DNA of 63,614 nucleotides, the filler included, from Nemertoderma westbladi (taxonomy: Eukaryota > Animalia > Xenacoelomorpha), in the NCBI GenBank assembly GCA_032718475.1. It is 5 parts of 5 records of this genome, joined end to end, with 100 filler letters (N's around TTAATTAATTAA, not from the genome) between each part and the next. Parts side by side here need not be neighbours in the genome. Positions count along the whole stretch, not along the records: positions 17,897 to 34,831 come from JAUCBJ010008105.1; positions 34,932 to 52,254 come from JAUCBJ010006558.1; 3 more parts are not named here. One strand, written 5' to 3'. A program made the translations under genes and the position numbers. Below the pieces are notes generated by a model that saw nothing but the letters and a program-made list of their open reading frames with translations, was not told the DNA's origin and ran no database searches. Positions 27,301 to 40,705 of this stretch are shown in pieces. The first letter of the stretch is position 1. Each line of letters starts with the position of its first letter.

Positions 27301-29200
27301 GACAAGTGGAAGCTCTTACAATGTGGATCAAGGACGCTAACTGCAACAGAAACCCGATATTCAGGCACTGAAGTGGAACTACTCGGTGTTGTGTGGGCAA
27401 TACACAAATGTAAAATGTTCCTCCAAGGCACTACATTCGACTTAGTAGTAGACCATAAACCAATAGTTGTTATTATAAACGGTAAAACTTTAGACCAAAT
27501 TAAAACACCTAGAATATTTCATCTCAAAGAGAAATTAGCTAACTACCGACCGAGAGCAATCTGGAGGCATGGGATAGCGCATACAGTAGTAGATGTTCTG
27601 TCTAGACACCCCATTGTACACCCAACTATTGATGATGACTACTTGGATATTGACGACATCGAAGAAATGGAAAATTGGAACATAACGCAATACTAGCTAC
27701 CGACCCTGACGAGAATAGAGCGGAAACCAAAAGTCAGATCAGCAATAACTCAATAAAGATAAACACCATCGATATGGCATGGCAAAAGGTAAAGAAAAGT
27801 GCTGCAGGTGATGCCACATACTGTAAATTATTGAAAATTTAAAAAATGGGTTTCCTCAAAATAAACACCTCGTTTCTATTAATTGTCGCCCATATTGGAT
27901 TTATCGTAATGCACTTTCTGCATTCGACGGCATTGTCATGTATGGTGAAGAACGTATAGTCATACCAGAAACCATGAGAAAAGACATATTACTCGGATTA
28001 CACGCAGCCCATCAGGGCAGAGATCGGACACTCAGGAGAGCTAGGCAATGTGTTTTTTGGCCTGGAATTACAAACGATGTTCAACAATGGTCGCCAGCTG
28101 CAACGATTGCGAATTGAATAAATCCAGTAACCACAAAGAACCCCTAATGTCAGATAACAAAGCCAGCCGCTCAGGGGAAGCTATAGCTGCAGATTTGTTT
28201 AGCTACGCCACCAAATTATTTCTCGTCATAGTCTATAAATATTCAGGGTGGATCGATGTGTTTGATTGCAGACACGGTCGAGTTGACACACAGTTCTCAA
28301 GAAATTTCGCATTTGGCTCGCATATATGGGTGTACCAATTCGAGCTACCACGGACGGGGCACCGCAGTTCAGGACCGACTTCGGAAATTTCTGCAAAGAG
28401 GGGGGTATTCATCACGACCCAGCCTCCCCATATAATCACGAAGCAAATGGTTATGCAGAGTCTGCGGTAAGAACTATAAAGGACATAATAAAGAAAACAT
28501 CCCCAAATGGCGACATTACAACTAATTGTTTTGCCAACGCTTTATTGGAATTAAGAAATACCCCACGCTCAGATGGACTCAGTCCAGCACAACGTGTAGT
28601 TGGTAGACAAATCAAAGGTCAGTTACCAGTTCCAGAAAGAGCTCCCAAAAGAGCCTGTGAAGATACGTTTGCTGTCGCTGACAAGAAAGTAGACGAAATT
28701 CGCTCGAACTCGAAGGAGTACTGCGACAGGGGGACCCGAAATTTAAAGAATTTCCCAGAAGGAACATGCGTGAGAATACAAAACCCCCGGACTAAGCACT
28801 GGGAGTTATTTGGAACTATCGTCCGTAGTGTCGGAAGGGGACGGGCCTATTCAATACAGGCTGACAATGGCAGACTCTATTGGAGAAACAGACGCTTCCT
28901 CCAGAAATTAAACAACGTAAATATTTCGGCACGATCCGAAGATGACATAGAGACAAGACTAAAGACGAACGAAAACGAGGGTAACGATAATGAGTTGATT
29001 ACAGTGCGTCGAAGTAAACGTTCACGGAATATCCCGGATAGACTGGCATATACTCATTTGAATTGACTGACTACTTTTCCACTCATATTACGATACAATT
29101 ACGATATTATCGCGTGTTGAGTTTTCCACTTGTGGGAATTCTAAAAACTTGACAACTCTTGTCAAACTCAACTGAAAATGAGTGAAAACTAACAGGGAGA
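24371..29200 (+). mobile_element. Ty3/Gypsy LTR retrotransposon internal region (Mag-like), pseudogenised gag-pol 24466-29066
   Basis: Gag with twin knuckles (CGRCG..H....C and CFNCG..GH..C), protease ADTG (~25808), RT 'TTFLTPWGRYQYLR.PMGLS...KVMEDII', RNase H 'YS.TE.ELL.VVWA', 'DHKP', integrase 'HAAHQG..C..C' and 'TDG.PQF', 'SPY.HEANG.AE'. Purine tract at ~29191. Many stops and frameshifts. No LTR pair recognised. Confidence 0.92.
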
Positions 29201-30838
29201 CACTGCCAGAGTAGCGCTTACTTTTTTATTCAATCTACAGTATTACAGTAATAGGCAATAGGCCTTTTCATAATTTCGCAAAAATGGAAAGCAAAACCCT
29301 TGAAACTTTCGCAAAAAAACGAAGTGGTCCTAAAACACCATCGTAAAAATCACAAACGTGTAAATTAATATTTTTTAATTAAATTCCAGCAAACCAACAG
29401 TAAAAATGAGAGATGAGTAATGCGGTGTGGCATATAATGTATAATAAAGTACTGCATCACTGCATGTAGGAGCAATGAGTAATAAGTGGTGTAAGTATGT
29501 GCTGCGTGCTGGTAGGTATGTTGGCTAAACACCAACAGACTCCAACAGAGTGTGCAGACCACATGCCTGCGTGATAAAAGAACCTGCTAGCAATCTGTCT
29601 GTAGAGATCGCTATGCTGCCGGTAGCTCTGTTCTGTCCACAGTCTGTACTGCAGTAGGCCTACTTCATCTGTCAGTCTCAGGTCAGGATGTGCAACTATT
29701 TCATATTTATTTGTAGATTTCATTAGGCCTACCGGTACCGTTCCGGCGTTCTGCTGTACAGCTGTAGGCCTACCGCTACCGGCTGACCGGTACCGGTACT
29801 GCCGCAGGTTACCGTCTGACCGTCAACAGGCAGACAATGGACACGACGGACAGGCTACAGCCCTATCTGCCTATCCTGCTATCAGCCTATCCATCCACTA
29901 CGGCTACAGACTGACAGACAGACTGGCAGACTTCAGTAGGCCTACGATACCGGTACTGCAGGTTGGCCTAGCGGTACGCCACTATCTCCATATCCACACA
30001 GCCACACACACACAGTCAGACAGTGTGTGTGTCCCGTGCGTGTGTGGCAGTGTGGAGTATGGAGTACACGTACACCCATCAGCCCATCCTGCTGTCCTGC
30101 CATCACACTGTCACGTCACACTCCAGCTCCAGGCTGCCAGGTGCCAGGTACTCAGGCAGCCAGTCAACCAGTGAGCCAGGTTGCAATTCTGAAAGTCAAT
30201 CTGTCAATGGCTGTTCAGACTGTCAGAGTTCCTCGTCATGCAGGTCAGAGGCATAGGCCTACCCTTACCCTATGCGCAATGCCCAAGTTCTGAAGTTGCA
30301 AGTTCGCTGATGGCTCGCAGTTTTTACTCGCCCCACCACACCACCCACAAACTGCAAACAGTCAACAGGACAAACTGCAAACGACAAACTAGGCCTACCT
30401 GCCTACGCCTAGTAGGGAGTCCCTACCAGCCTACTGTACCGGTAGGCTACCTACCTACAGCTACAGTCTGACAGTGAGTGTACCGGTACCGGTTTATATA
30501 TAAAATTATTATAAAAAAATAGGGCCTACCTGCCTACCGCAGTACCGGTCTGTCGGTAGCGGTAACTACAACCTGACAACTAAAATAACTGCCGGTACCA
30601 GTACCGTACCGCTACCGGTAGGTCTAGCTGTCTAGGCCCTACCGTAAAATAAAAATAATAAACTACCGGTACTGTCAGACTGTAATATTTTCAATAGATC
30701 TAATGCCTTTCAGACTTTCACCCTTAGTTAGGCCTAATTACTGAATTATTAATGCTGTAGGCCTAGCCTAATGCTGTTATGATATGTTGGTGTGATTAAT
30801 TTTATTCAAACATAAACATAGTTCCGGTTCTACTAATT

Positions 30839-31069
30839 ATGACGACCGATTATATAGTTCAGAAACATCCGAATCATTCGGTGCAGAATGGGGGTATAAA
30901 TCCCGATGAATACGACGAGAATTCCACGTCTCGACTGTTTGAACGTCAGCGTATAAAGGGGCTCTCGGACGAGCGAGAGGCGGTACAACGGAAAACTTTT
31001 ACTAAATGGGTTAATTCCCATCTCATGCGAATAAGATTTGGAATTAGAGATCTTTACATTGACCTTCAG
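30839..31069 (+). CDS. beta-Spec: Beta-spectrin coding exon 1
   Basis: MTTD...[35 protein letters not shown] (start of CH1). Donor CAG|GTAGGC, phase 0. Confidence 0.95.
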
Positions 31070-32382
31070 GTAGGCCTGCAGTAATTGTATTCAATTCATC
31101 TTGATAAATATTTATTTATATTTAAGATTTTCAACGTCTTAAAATCGAACACTGATATATACCGGACCGGTGTATGTAATGTGTGAGTATTATTGAACCA
31201 AACTTCCAACCGACTGACCGACGCGTGCACAATCCAGCAATCAGGCTTTACAATTAATTATCAGAAGAAAGGTCTTGCAGTCTTGGGGGGGGGGGGGGGG
31301 GGGGGGGGTCAGAGGTGAATTTCTGCAACTTTTAAATATTACATTGAAATAAGGATTGAGGACCACCCTAATAATTATTTTAATATATATTGAATTATAT
31401 AGTGATTTAGTCAAGCCAATACAATGCTAAATACAGAAATATAAATAAGTTTTGTATTGCAATTTTTCGACTCGACTTAGGTCTTCTTAATCATGCTTAT
31501 ATTTTACATATATTTATATATATAAATTGCTAATATGTATATATGTAAATTTTAATATTGCTGTATTGAGTAAGGCGGCATCTGGATAGTGCTGTAACTA
31601 TGGAAGCAATATAGTAAAGTACCGGCAGACCGGTACTTAATACTACTGTGTACTACAGTTACAGTTCAATTTATTTTGTAACACTATCTTTAATTAAAGA
31701 ATTGGGCAACAAAACAATACCAATTTAAGAATAAAATTACGTATTGCATGGCACATGGGGAAAAACGTAGAACTTTTTTTTCAATATTCTCTCGACCCTT
31801 TAATAACCTCGGTCCGCGGTGAAGCACGGTAAATAAAATACTGTCACTGTACCTCCAGAGGAGTGAAAAAAGTTATACTTTTTTCCCATGTAATAAATAA
31901 TCATCAAATTAGGAGTAATGTTGGTAATTTGCATAGTGGACTGTCACTCAGTCTCAGACACAACAATATTAGACTGTTAAGACAGACCCACAAAACCGGT
32001 AGTTTTTACAGTAGCACCGTTGGTGATTTTCCTCCTCTCTTTTAGTAAAAACTGAATTTTTTGACCAATTTTTTACATTAAAATTAAAATTGAATAGGCA
32101 GATAAGGCCTATTATAACTTTGGCACTTTAGTGTCAAATCTTTCAATATTCGGTACCGAATTTGCCGAAATTTTTTTACATTCGGTTCGGTTCCGGTTCG
32201 GCAAAATTTTTAATGCGGTACATCCAACTGTCCATAGTATATTCAGGTATGGTATATATATAATATATATATATATATACAGCCCAGTCTATGCTGCAGT
32301 CCCGGTAACTAATTAATATATAATTATTAATTAATAATTAATTATTATTTATTATTTAATTCCACATTATTTAATCTCCCAG

Positions 32383-32647
32383 GATGGCCGCGTTCTTATC
32401 AAACTCCTAGAGATCCTCTCTGGGGACCGCCTGCCGCGCCCCTCTCGAGGGAAGATGCGAATCCATTGTTTGGAGAATGTTGAGAAAGCGTTGCTATTCC
32501 TAAGGGAGGAGAAACGCGTCCATCTGGAGAACATGGGGGCCCACGATATAGTGGACGGCAACCCCACACTCACTCTCGGGCTTATCTGGACCATCATACT
32601 CCGCTTCCAGATCCAGGATATTGATGCAGGCATACCAGAGGAAGAGG
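32383..32647 (+). CDS. beta-Spec: Beta-spectrin coding exon 2
   Basis: Acceptor CTCCCAG|[17 protein letters not shown]...[11 protein letters not shown]...[16 protein letters not shown]. Donor G|GTAAGA, phase 1. Confidence 0.95.
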
Positions 32648-33946
32648 GTAAGACCGCATTCCTATTTATTGTATATACCGAGATAATAATATATATATTA
32701 ATTAGGCCTATCTATTTATTTACATCCTTTATATACGGTATTATATTATAACGGTACATCTATATTTTTTGTCATAAAGGTGGTTTTCTTCACCCATTAG
32801 TTTTTTTTCGCAAAACACTTGGCGTAAGTATATACGACAGTACGAATCGCCCTTCCCACTATCACTTCATAATGTAGTTATATAATGAAGCTTGTTTTAG
32901 AAACTTTTGCAACTTGTTGTGTCCAGATAAATATTACCGGTACCGTTAATATATAGGTATACTGGTATTACTGGTATATTTATTTTAGGTCCGCGTCGCG
33001 TGACCCTCCAGTATTCACGACGCTGTTGTTGTTCCAGTTAGGTTTTAGTTTAAGGCGCTGTGGAGAAATTGCTATATAGTGTTTGACTTGGAAACTCTAC
33101 GTACCGAGTTCAACCCCACTTTCAAGGGGAATTATCGAGCTTCGCTTCGCATCCAGGCCTATTATTAAATTTTCTGTTAAATTTTCGGAGAGGCCGCGTG
33201 AGGTAGGCCTATTTAACATTGACGGTTACCGAACAACATCCTCCTGTTGGTTTTTGACGAAATACCTCCGAGACATTAATAAATAAATCGGTTATTGTAT
33301 TTAGTATCGTGGGAGTTCGAATCCAGCAATCGGGTTTGGTATGGTATCCTTTCACGTTTAATTGAATACCGTACCTATTTAGACTTAGAACTACTAACTA
33401 TTGATATAAGTAATATTAGAATGTGGGGCGAGGGGGGCTATTGACTAGTCTACTGGTTGTACCTACTGTATACCCCTATCCGCAACTTGTGACTTTTTAT
33501 GAAATCTTTCTGGACCAGATTAATAACCAATCGATATAACCATGGTGGTATTTTACCGGCCATGGCTTACGTTTAGCATTAAAACTCGAGCTACCGGTAT
33601 ATTTTTCCCCCTTATTTAATTATTTAAAAAAATTATTTATTCTCCCTAAAAATTGCGAGGAAAAATTAATTTCAATTCCCTAAAAATAGCGAGAAAAAAT
33701 TAATTTATTGTAAATGTTAAATAACGAATTTTTACACGCGTAATTATTTTTTGTCGCTATTTTTAGGGAGAAAAAGAATGTAGTAACTTTTAATACTAAA
33801 TGTATGCCAAAAGGTGTACCTGTACTTCTTTTATATATATTGTATATATATACGTCCATACCGGTATATAATAGATAGGGGGGATATTAATTAATATATA
33901 CCGTCGGTATATATTATTCACTATTCATATTTATTCTGTTTTGAAG

Positions 33947-34572
33947 GAGAGAGACGATCCGCTAAGGATGCGCTGCTGCTCTGGTGCCAGATGAAGACGG
34001 CGGAGTACAAGAACGTCCAGGTGAAGAACTTCACGACTTCCTGGCGAGACGGTTTGGCTTTCAACGCGATCATCCACAAACACAGACCCGATCTGATCCC
34101 CTACGAGCAGCTCAGTAAAGCGACGCCGGTTCACAACCTTAATAACTCCTTCCTCACCGCGGAAAAAAAGTTGGGGATCGACCAGCTTCTGGAGGCGCAG
34201 GATGTTGATGTGGAAGACCCGGATGAGAAGTCGATAATCACCTACGTCGTCTCGTATTATCATTACTTCAGTAGGATTCGCAGCGAGACAGTGGCGTCTA
34301 AACGGATCGGTAAAGCGATCGATTTCGCAACCGACACCGATCGGATGGTACACCAGTACGACACGCTGGCCTCGCAGCTCCTCCAGTGGATCGAGCGTAA
34401 GATTGTGGTACTCAACGAGAGGAACTTCGCGAATTCCCTCCACGGAGTCCAGCAGGATCTCATACAGTTCAACGTCTACCGCACCAACGAGAAGCCGCCC
34501 AGGTTCGCCGAGAAGGGCAATCTCGAGATGTTGTTGTTCGCTATACATAGTAGAATGCGCGCTAATAATCAG
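33947..34572 (+). CDS. beta-Spec: Beta-spectrin coding exon 3 (CH2 plus first spectrin repeat); gene continues beyond the contig
   Basis: Acceptor TTTTGAAG|GA restores frame: [15 protein letters not shown]...[14 protein letters not shown]...[10 protein letters not shown]...EKPPRF.EKGNLE...RANNQ. Donor CAG|GTTGGT. Confidence 0.95.
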
Positions 34573-34831
34573 GTTGGTGAACCTGAATATATAATATATT
34601 ATTTATATTTATATTAATATATATAATTATTTCTTTAAAGGAAATTATTGTGATTATTTGTTAATCATATGTTAATTATATGTAACGTTTTTCTATATGC
34701 CACGTTCTTCTAACCAAAACAATAAACTTAATTCAATATTACAGGTTACAGTTTATTATTTTGCTATTATTTGTATCAATTTTCCTCAAGAGGTTTCCAT
34801 TGTTGATCCCCCCCACCCCTTCTCCCTACCC

Positions 34832-34931
34832 NNNNNNNNNNNNNNNNNNNNNNNNNNNNNNNNNNNNNNNNNNNNTTAATTAATTAANNNNNNNNNNNNN
34901 NNNNNNNNNNNNNNNNNNNNNNNNNNNNNNN
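34832..34931. other. Artificial contig linker
   Basis: N44-TTAATTAATTAA-N44. Confidence 0.97.
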
Positions 34932-34932
34932 T

Positions 34933-35045
34933 TACCGTACCGTACCGTACCGTACCACGTACCGTACCGTACCTTACCGTACAGTACAGTACCGTACCGT
35001 ATCGTACCGTACAGTACCGTTCCGTATCGTACCGTACCGTACCGT
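34933..35045. repeat. (ACCGT)n pentanucleotide microsatellite
   Basis: Seen directly at the contig start. Confidence 0.95.
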
Positions 35046-35952
35046 GAACTATACTGGAAGTACCTTCTTCTTTATTGTCCAGCTACCTATGATTGTTATA
35101 TATAATAATTAATTACCTTTTTGTATCTGTTATTTCCTTGGTATATATTTATTTTATCGCACGCACTGCTTTATTTCCTTGTAGAAGAAAACAACATTAT
35201 ATCTCCCTACTCTTTACTCATTGCTACCCATACCCTAACGTTAGATGGTGGAGGAACTGCCCAATGTTATAATTCATTCAATTATGCGTGGGCGTGCGGT
35301 GTATTTATATAAATTTATTTATTATTTTATTTTGAAATGTATCCATAAACTTTTATATGGAATAAGTCACCTATAGCCACATTGTTTTTGATATGATATT
35401 TTATTGTTTGAATTGAAAAGCATCGAAGTTGAAAATGTAATTTGAAAAATTGGTCTGAAAGAATATAAAATCGAACAACCAGCGGTATGCCAGGGGTTTG
35501 TTTTTTTGATACTTCAGAGCAGTAGCTGATTAAATACTGTATATAACTGTCCCTGTACTGTTCCTAAACTGTATTTATCCCATGACGAGCGCAGCGAGGG
35601 ATATTAACATGAATAAACGAGGCTTAAACGAAACTTAATTTATAATTATACCGGTATATATTCTATAATTACATAATATCGTAACATTATACCAGCTTAT
35701 TATACGATACTATACGATCATTATCCATCCATTTCAGGCAATCCATTATAAATAATATATTAATTAAAATAATTAGCTATGAATTTCAACCCTCTAATGG
35801 TCCTCATCAGGCAACTAACAAGAGATTGCATATATAGATTAATATTACACAAGACATTTTACCAGATTTCATTTTTGTAGGAAAATTTCTTATTGTTTTG
35901 ATTAAATAAATCTCTACGAAATACGATAATTTATTATTTATAATCTATTTTA

Positions 35953-36127
35953 TGATACAATACTGATACACTACTGATACAATACTGATACACTACTGAT
36001 ACAATACTGATACACTACTGATACAATACTGATACACTACTGATACACTACTGATACACTACTGATACAATACTGATACACTACTGATACAATACTGATA
36101 CACTACTGATACACTACTGATACACTA
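35953..36127. repeat. 11-bp tandem repeat TACTGATACA(A/C), ~16 copies
   Basis: Seen directly. Confidence 0.95.
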
Positions 36128-37089
36128 TTACTAAACGAAAATTTAATGTCGTATCGTGTCGTATCCTGTTCCTGCTGAAAAGTACCATTTAATAGCGTTG
36201 AACATTGTATATTTATATTGCAGCGTTGAAAGTTTTTGAACTATTCAGCGGCAAAGACCTCGTTTATTTATGTAAACCACCCTCGCTGTTCTCGCTCGTT
36301 TCATAAATACACTCGAGTAAAAGCACTGAACAGTACTATTTTTCACAAAAATGTAATTAAATAGTTGTAATATTAAATGTTTAATAACATCTAAGTGGGT
36401 CTGACATCCATGACATTATAAAATGGTTAAACAGAGAAAATGTAGAAAAAAAAAAATGGTTAAACAGAAAAATGTATGTTGGATCGGTCGGCTCTGTATT
36501 TTCTCTAGATATCCTACCCTCTCACCCATACATTGCTACGTTATAACACTTATAATCCGCTTATGCATTTTATTTGGGTAGGTGTAAAACGCGGATCCGG
36601 ATTCCATAACTATAAATTCAGAGAAAGGAGCAGGTTACAGTGGCACGTTAAACAATAAACTAAAGTCAATAGAACAGGTTATAGTTTTATTTTGGGGAAC
36701 TCAATATGATCTATAGGTGGTACTTGTCGCATTAGTCTATTCTCTCAGTTATTAATAAATTTTTAACGTTCCTGCATAAGTTCTACTTTGCAGCGTTACG
36801 ATAATTTACCAGAAAGCGCTGTTTATCGTTTATACCCAACCCAAATTTTATTTCCTGTAAAGTTTAACAAATTATATGATTATATTTGGTAAGTTATATT
36901 TAACTGTATTTAGTGTAGTATAATGTTCTGTATGTAATGTAATGTAATGTAATGTGATGTGATGTATAATGTATTTAACGGTACTATCTGTGCGCGTTTT
37001 AATTTTGTGCAAAATGTTACGTATTATTTACGCAATAAAAATCGAAGTAATTGAATACCATTTCTACCATAATTCCGGTTTTAATAGTC

Positions 37090-37862
37090 CATTCTGCTAT
37101 ACGGGTCCTCCCATTGATGATGTCACTCTTTTGTGTGATTCTTAATCACAGGTTGTCACAAAATTCCTACCTAGCCCCCACTCCCCTAGAGCGCACTGGC
37201 TGGTCCTCACGGCGAAAGCAATGTCCTACAAAGTGGACGCGGCTCCGTTCAGGAGAGATTAATGAAACACCTCCAATGTTGTATAGAGTCTGATTGGAGT
37301 TGTGTTCATTGTAGTTGATACAATGAACCCGATGTAACATTCTTGTGAAAGTGCCATCCAGAGATTTGATGTCCTCATCAGTTAGAGACCATCATGGACT
37401 TACATATAAGAGTACTGGTTCTACTGCTGCCCTACATAATCGAACCTTGAAATTCAGTTTCATTCTATGGGAGTTCCAAATCCTGGACAGACTATTCAAT
37501 GCTGCCCATTCCTTTCCCTTGCGTTTTCGAAGGTCCTCATCTGACTTCCGGTGTTCCAGATCCATAATCCCAGGTAACAGAAGTCGTCCACATACTCAAT
37601 CATAATATCCTTTGAGATCAGATGATTTACTGGTCAGAGACTTGCTGAGGACTTTCAAAGTTAATTGTCAAAATTTTGGTCTTCTTCGAGTTAAAAAATA
37701 GATCACAACTAGAAGCAGCCTGTTCTAATGAGCTGAGGAGCAGTTGGGCTCCCTCTAGTGATTCTGAGAGTACTCCTAAGTCATCAGCAAAGTCTAGATC
37801 AGTTAGTGTACTTGGTAGGATTTCCTCGACTTCTGGAGCCATTAGGTGGAGTTACCATCACT
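37090..37862 (-). mobile_element. Older, diverged RTE-clade LINE fragment related to the copies at 50326 and 59771
   Basis: 'LTDLDFADDLGVLSESLEGAQ.LL..LE.AA' plus clear nucleotide similarity. Frameshifted. Confidence 0.85.
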
Positions 37863-38081
37863 ATAGTAGCCGTAGCTGCAAAATCAGTAGCTGTAACGCG
37901 ACAGTAGCCGTAACGAGAAATTAGCTGTAACGGGACAGTAGCCATAGGGATAACGTACAGTAGCCGTAACGCGACAGTACCGGTAATGGGACAGTATCCG
38001 AAACGCAACAGTATCGATAATGGTACAATAGCTGTAACTATGGACACTGGACAGTAGCGGTAACATGAGAGTAGCCGTAAC
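37863..38081. repeat. Degenerate ~17-bp minisatellite (GTAGCCGTAACGGGACA), resuming at 40657 after a LINE insertion
   Basis: Seen directly. Related units also occur at ~12440-12490. Confidence 0.75.
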
Positions 38082-40656
38082 AATCTATCAGATCACACAC
38101 CAGTAATGACCACCTTCTCGATCACTAAAACGGACAATGCAACTACAGGTCATATTTGGAAGAAACAAGTAGCGAAGAAAGTACACCTTTTTGATACAGC
38201 CTCAACTTCGCAAATCGAAGACTACAAGCAGGAAATATAGTCCAAATTTAAAACACTAACTCGTGAAGCCATGAATAACCCACAACTAGACAACTGTACT
38301 CTAGACAACATGGTGTCAAGTATGATTAGCACACTTTCAGCAGCTGCTGATATATATATATATACCAAATATTGTGCCACGTAAGAGGAAAAAATGGAAA
38401 CATGCCCTCAGAACAAGAGGAGTCCAGTTAAAGTTAATAATGATCACTACCAAACAGATGGGGAGCTACCAATCAGGCCAAAAATGACCTATCACAACTG
38501 AAGCAACGAAGATATATACAAAGCGTACCAAAAACACAAAGCATACAAACACCAGATAATTAACCTAGCAAATGCTTGTGTGTCTAACCGTAACAAGTTT
38601 TGGCAACAGCTACGGACTAATCAGGACGGAAATAGACATGACCCAAGCAAATAGGGCAAATCTATACAACCATTATGAACGTTTTTTCGAAAGGTGTGAA
38701 AATGAAAACACCACACATAAGACAGTCACTGTCCCTCAGAAAGATTACAAAAACTATAAGTTTCTAACAGGAAACGATATTGCAATGGCAATATCGAAAT
38801 TAAACAAACATAAAGCTGCGGATAGAAACAACATCAAAGCGGAACATCTGCACTATGGAAGCTCTGGGTCATTATGCAATTTCATTGCAACATTATATAA
38901 CGGAATGCGATCTCATTCTTATTTCCCTGAAGAAATATGCCAAAGCATACTCCTACCACAACTTAAACGTTATGACAAACAAAAGGATCAAGTTTCAAGC
39001 TACAGAGGAATATCAATAATATCTATCTTTGTCAAACTTTGGGAGCACACAATCATTGAGGAACTAAAACCAATTAAACAAAGCCACCTACAAATGGCAT
39101 ATAAACACGGGATGCACAGTGAAGTACCATATCTAACAGCAAGCAAACTCATTGAATTTTTCAACAAAGAGTCATCACCAGTCCATGTCGTATCACTCGA
39201 TCTATCGGCCGCTTTTGATACCATTAAACACAATGTTATGTTCAGCAAACTCGAAGAAACAAACCTGAGTCCACAACTGATCGCTTTGTTATCCTCCTAT
39301 TACAGCAAATCAAAAGCCTCAATAAAGATTGGAAACCTCATCCATACGAAGATGATACCACTCCATCGTGGTATACGCCAAGGTGGAGTACTCTCTGGTT
39401 GGCTTTTTAATTTTTACTTAGCAGACCTATTTGCATCCCTAGATACTGCCAAATAGGGCCTACATGTTGCAGATGAGTCCTACCCAGCCTTTAGTTTTGC
39501 AGATGACATATTAATATTGGCCAATTTAAAATCTGACCTCATCAGAATACTACGTCTGTGCACCGACTATTTCAAGAATAATGGATTATGCTTGAACATA
39601 CACAAATCCCATTACAATGTTGCCACTTCACAACCGACAGGAAATCAAGAATCAATTCAAGTTGAACCTGGGAAAAACCTAATACAAGAGGCAAAACTTA
39701 AATATTTGGGGCTACCCTTACCATCTACCACATCCAACCTACGAGACCACTTCACGAATAAGTGCTGGATAAATGTTTCCCAAACAAAATCAAAAGCACT
39801 TTCGTCCTATGATGTCCCACTAAACGTTACATCTCTCATATGGAAAATTGTATGTCTCCCATCAATTTTTTATGGATCTTCAACTATAGGGATTGCCCTA
39901 TTGAGACCCCTAGAAAGAACAATCCGAAAAGCCATGCGCACAAAACTTGTTTTTAGTAATTACATCTCTAACAATGTCTTATGGAAGCTCTTCGACAGTG
40001 AAACTGTTCAACAAATAGTAGCATACAACAAATGTCGGGTCACATACAACATATTAGATAGCCATAATACTAAAGTATTACACTTATTCTCAACAATACT
40101 AGCACATCATACAGCGAGAACGCGAGATAATACATACATGTCTGCGTACAGTCTATTGGCATGGAAGGAAGATCTACCATCTCTAACAAACCTAGCATCG
40201 ACCCGCTTTAACATAAAAGCCGTCATCAAAGGCGCAAGACAAAGAACTTTGAGCAGTGAAACAACAACACCATTTAAAGATGAATTCCAGGCTATGTATT
40301 GTTATTCCATTTTAAACAGCCTTGCAAGCTTTCAAATCAAACATGCTGCAATAACGACTTTTTTGAGGGGAGAGGGAATAGAGACTAAGTTCCGGTAACA
40401 ACAACTTCCAGTAATATTGACTGAAATGAAATGAACTGAAATGAAACGACATATCCGCACCATATCGTTTTCAATGATTAACTACGCATTTCATAGTACA
40501 TGGGTATAACAAATTTTACTTAATTTCTTATTATAACTATTATTTCTACTACTTACTATATGCATTTGTGTATTGTTCACATTTTATCCCTATTTTAATA
40601 TTAATGCTAATTAATAGCCACCGGAGCCAGAAGCCGGAAATGAAATGAAATGAATG
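38082..40656 (+). mobile_element. 5'-truncated non-LTR retrotransposon (RTEX-like RT) with (TGAAA)n tail
   Basis: RT motifs 'AAD...I.AEHL', 'SYRGISI', 'SLDLSAAFD', 'GIRQGGVLS..LFN.Y', 'FADDI', 'KYLG'. ORFs 38572-39456 and 39517-40398 share a frame, separated by one TAG. TGAAA runs at ~40422 and ~40637. Confidence 0.85.
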
Positions 40657-40705
40657 AACGGGACAATAGCCATAATGGAAAACGTTGCTGTAACGCAACA
40701 GTAGC

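Noticed and set aside
33050-33330. tRNA-like A/B boxes in the spectrin intron
   Set aside because: Only isolated GTTCAA/GTTCGAATCC words without a cloverleaf. Too decayed to call.
26023-34548. Long antisense ORFs (26023-26706, 33931-34548)
   Set aside because: Shadows of the Gypsy pol and spectrin coding strands.
39454-39456. Programmed read-through of the single TAG in the LINE RT
   Set aside because: The element is 5'-truncated and frameshifted upstream. A nonsense mutation is the simpler explanation.
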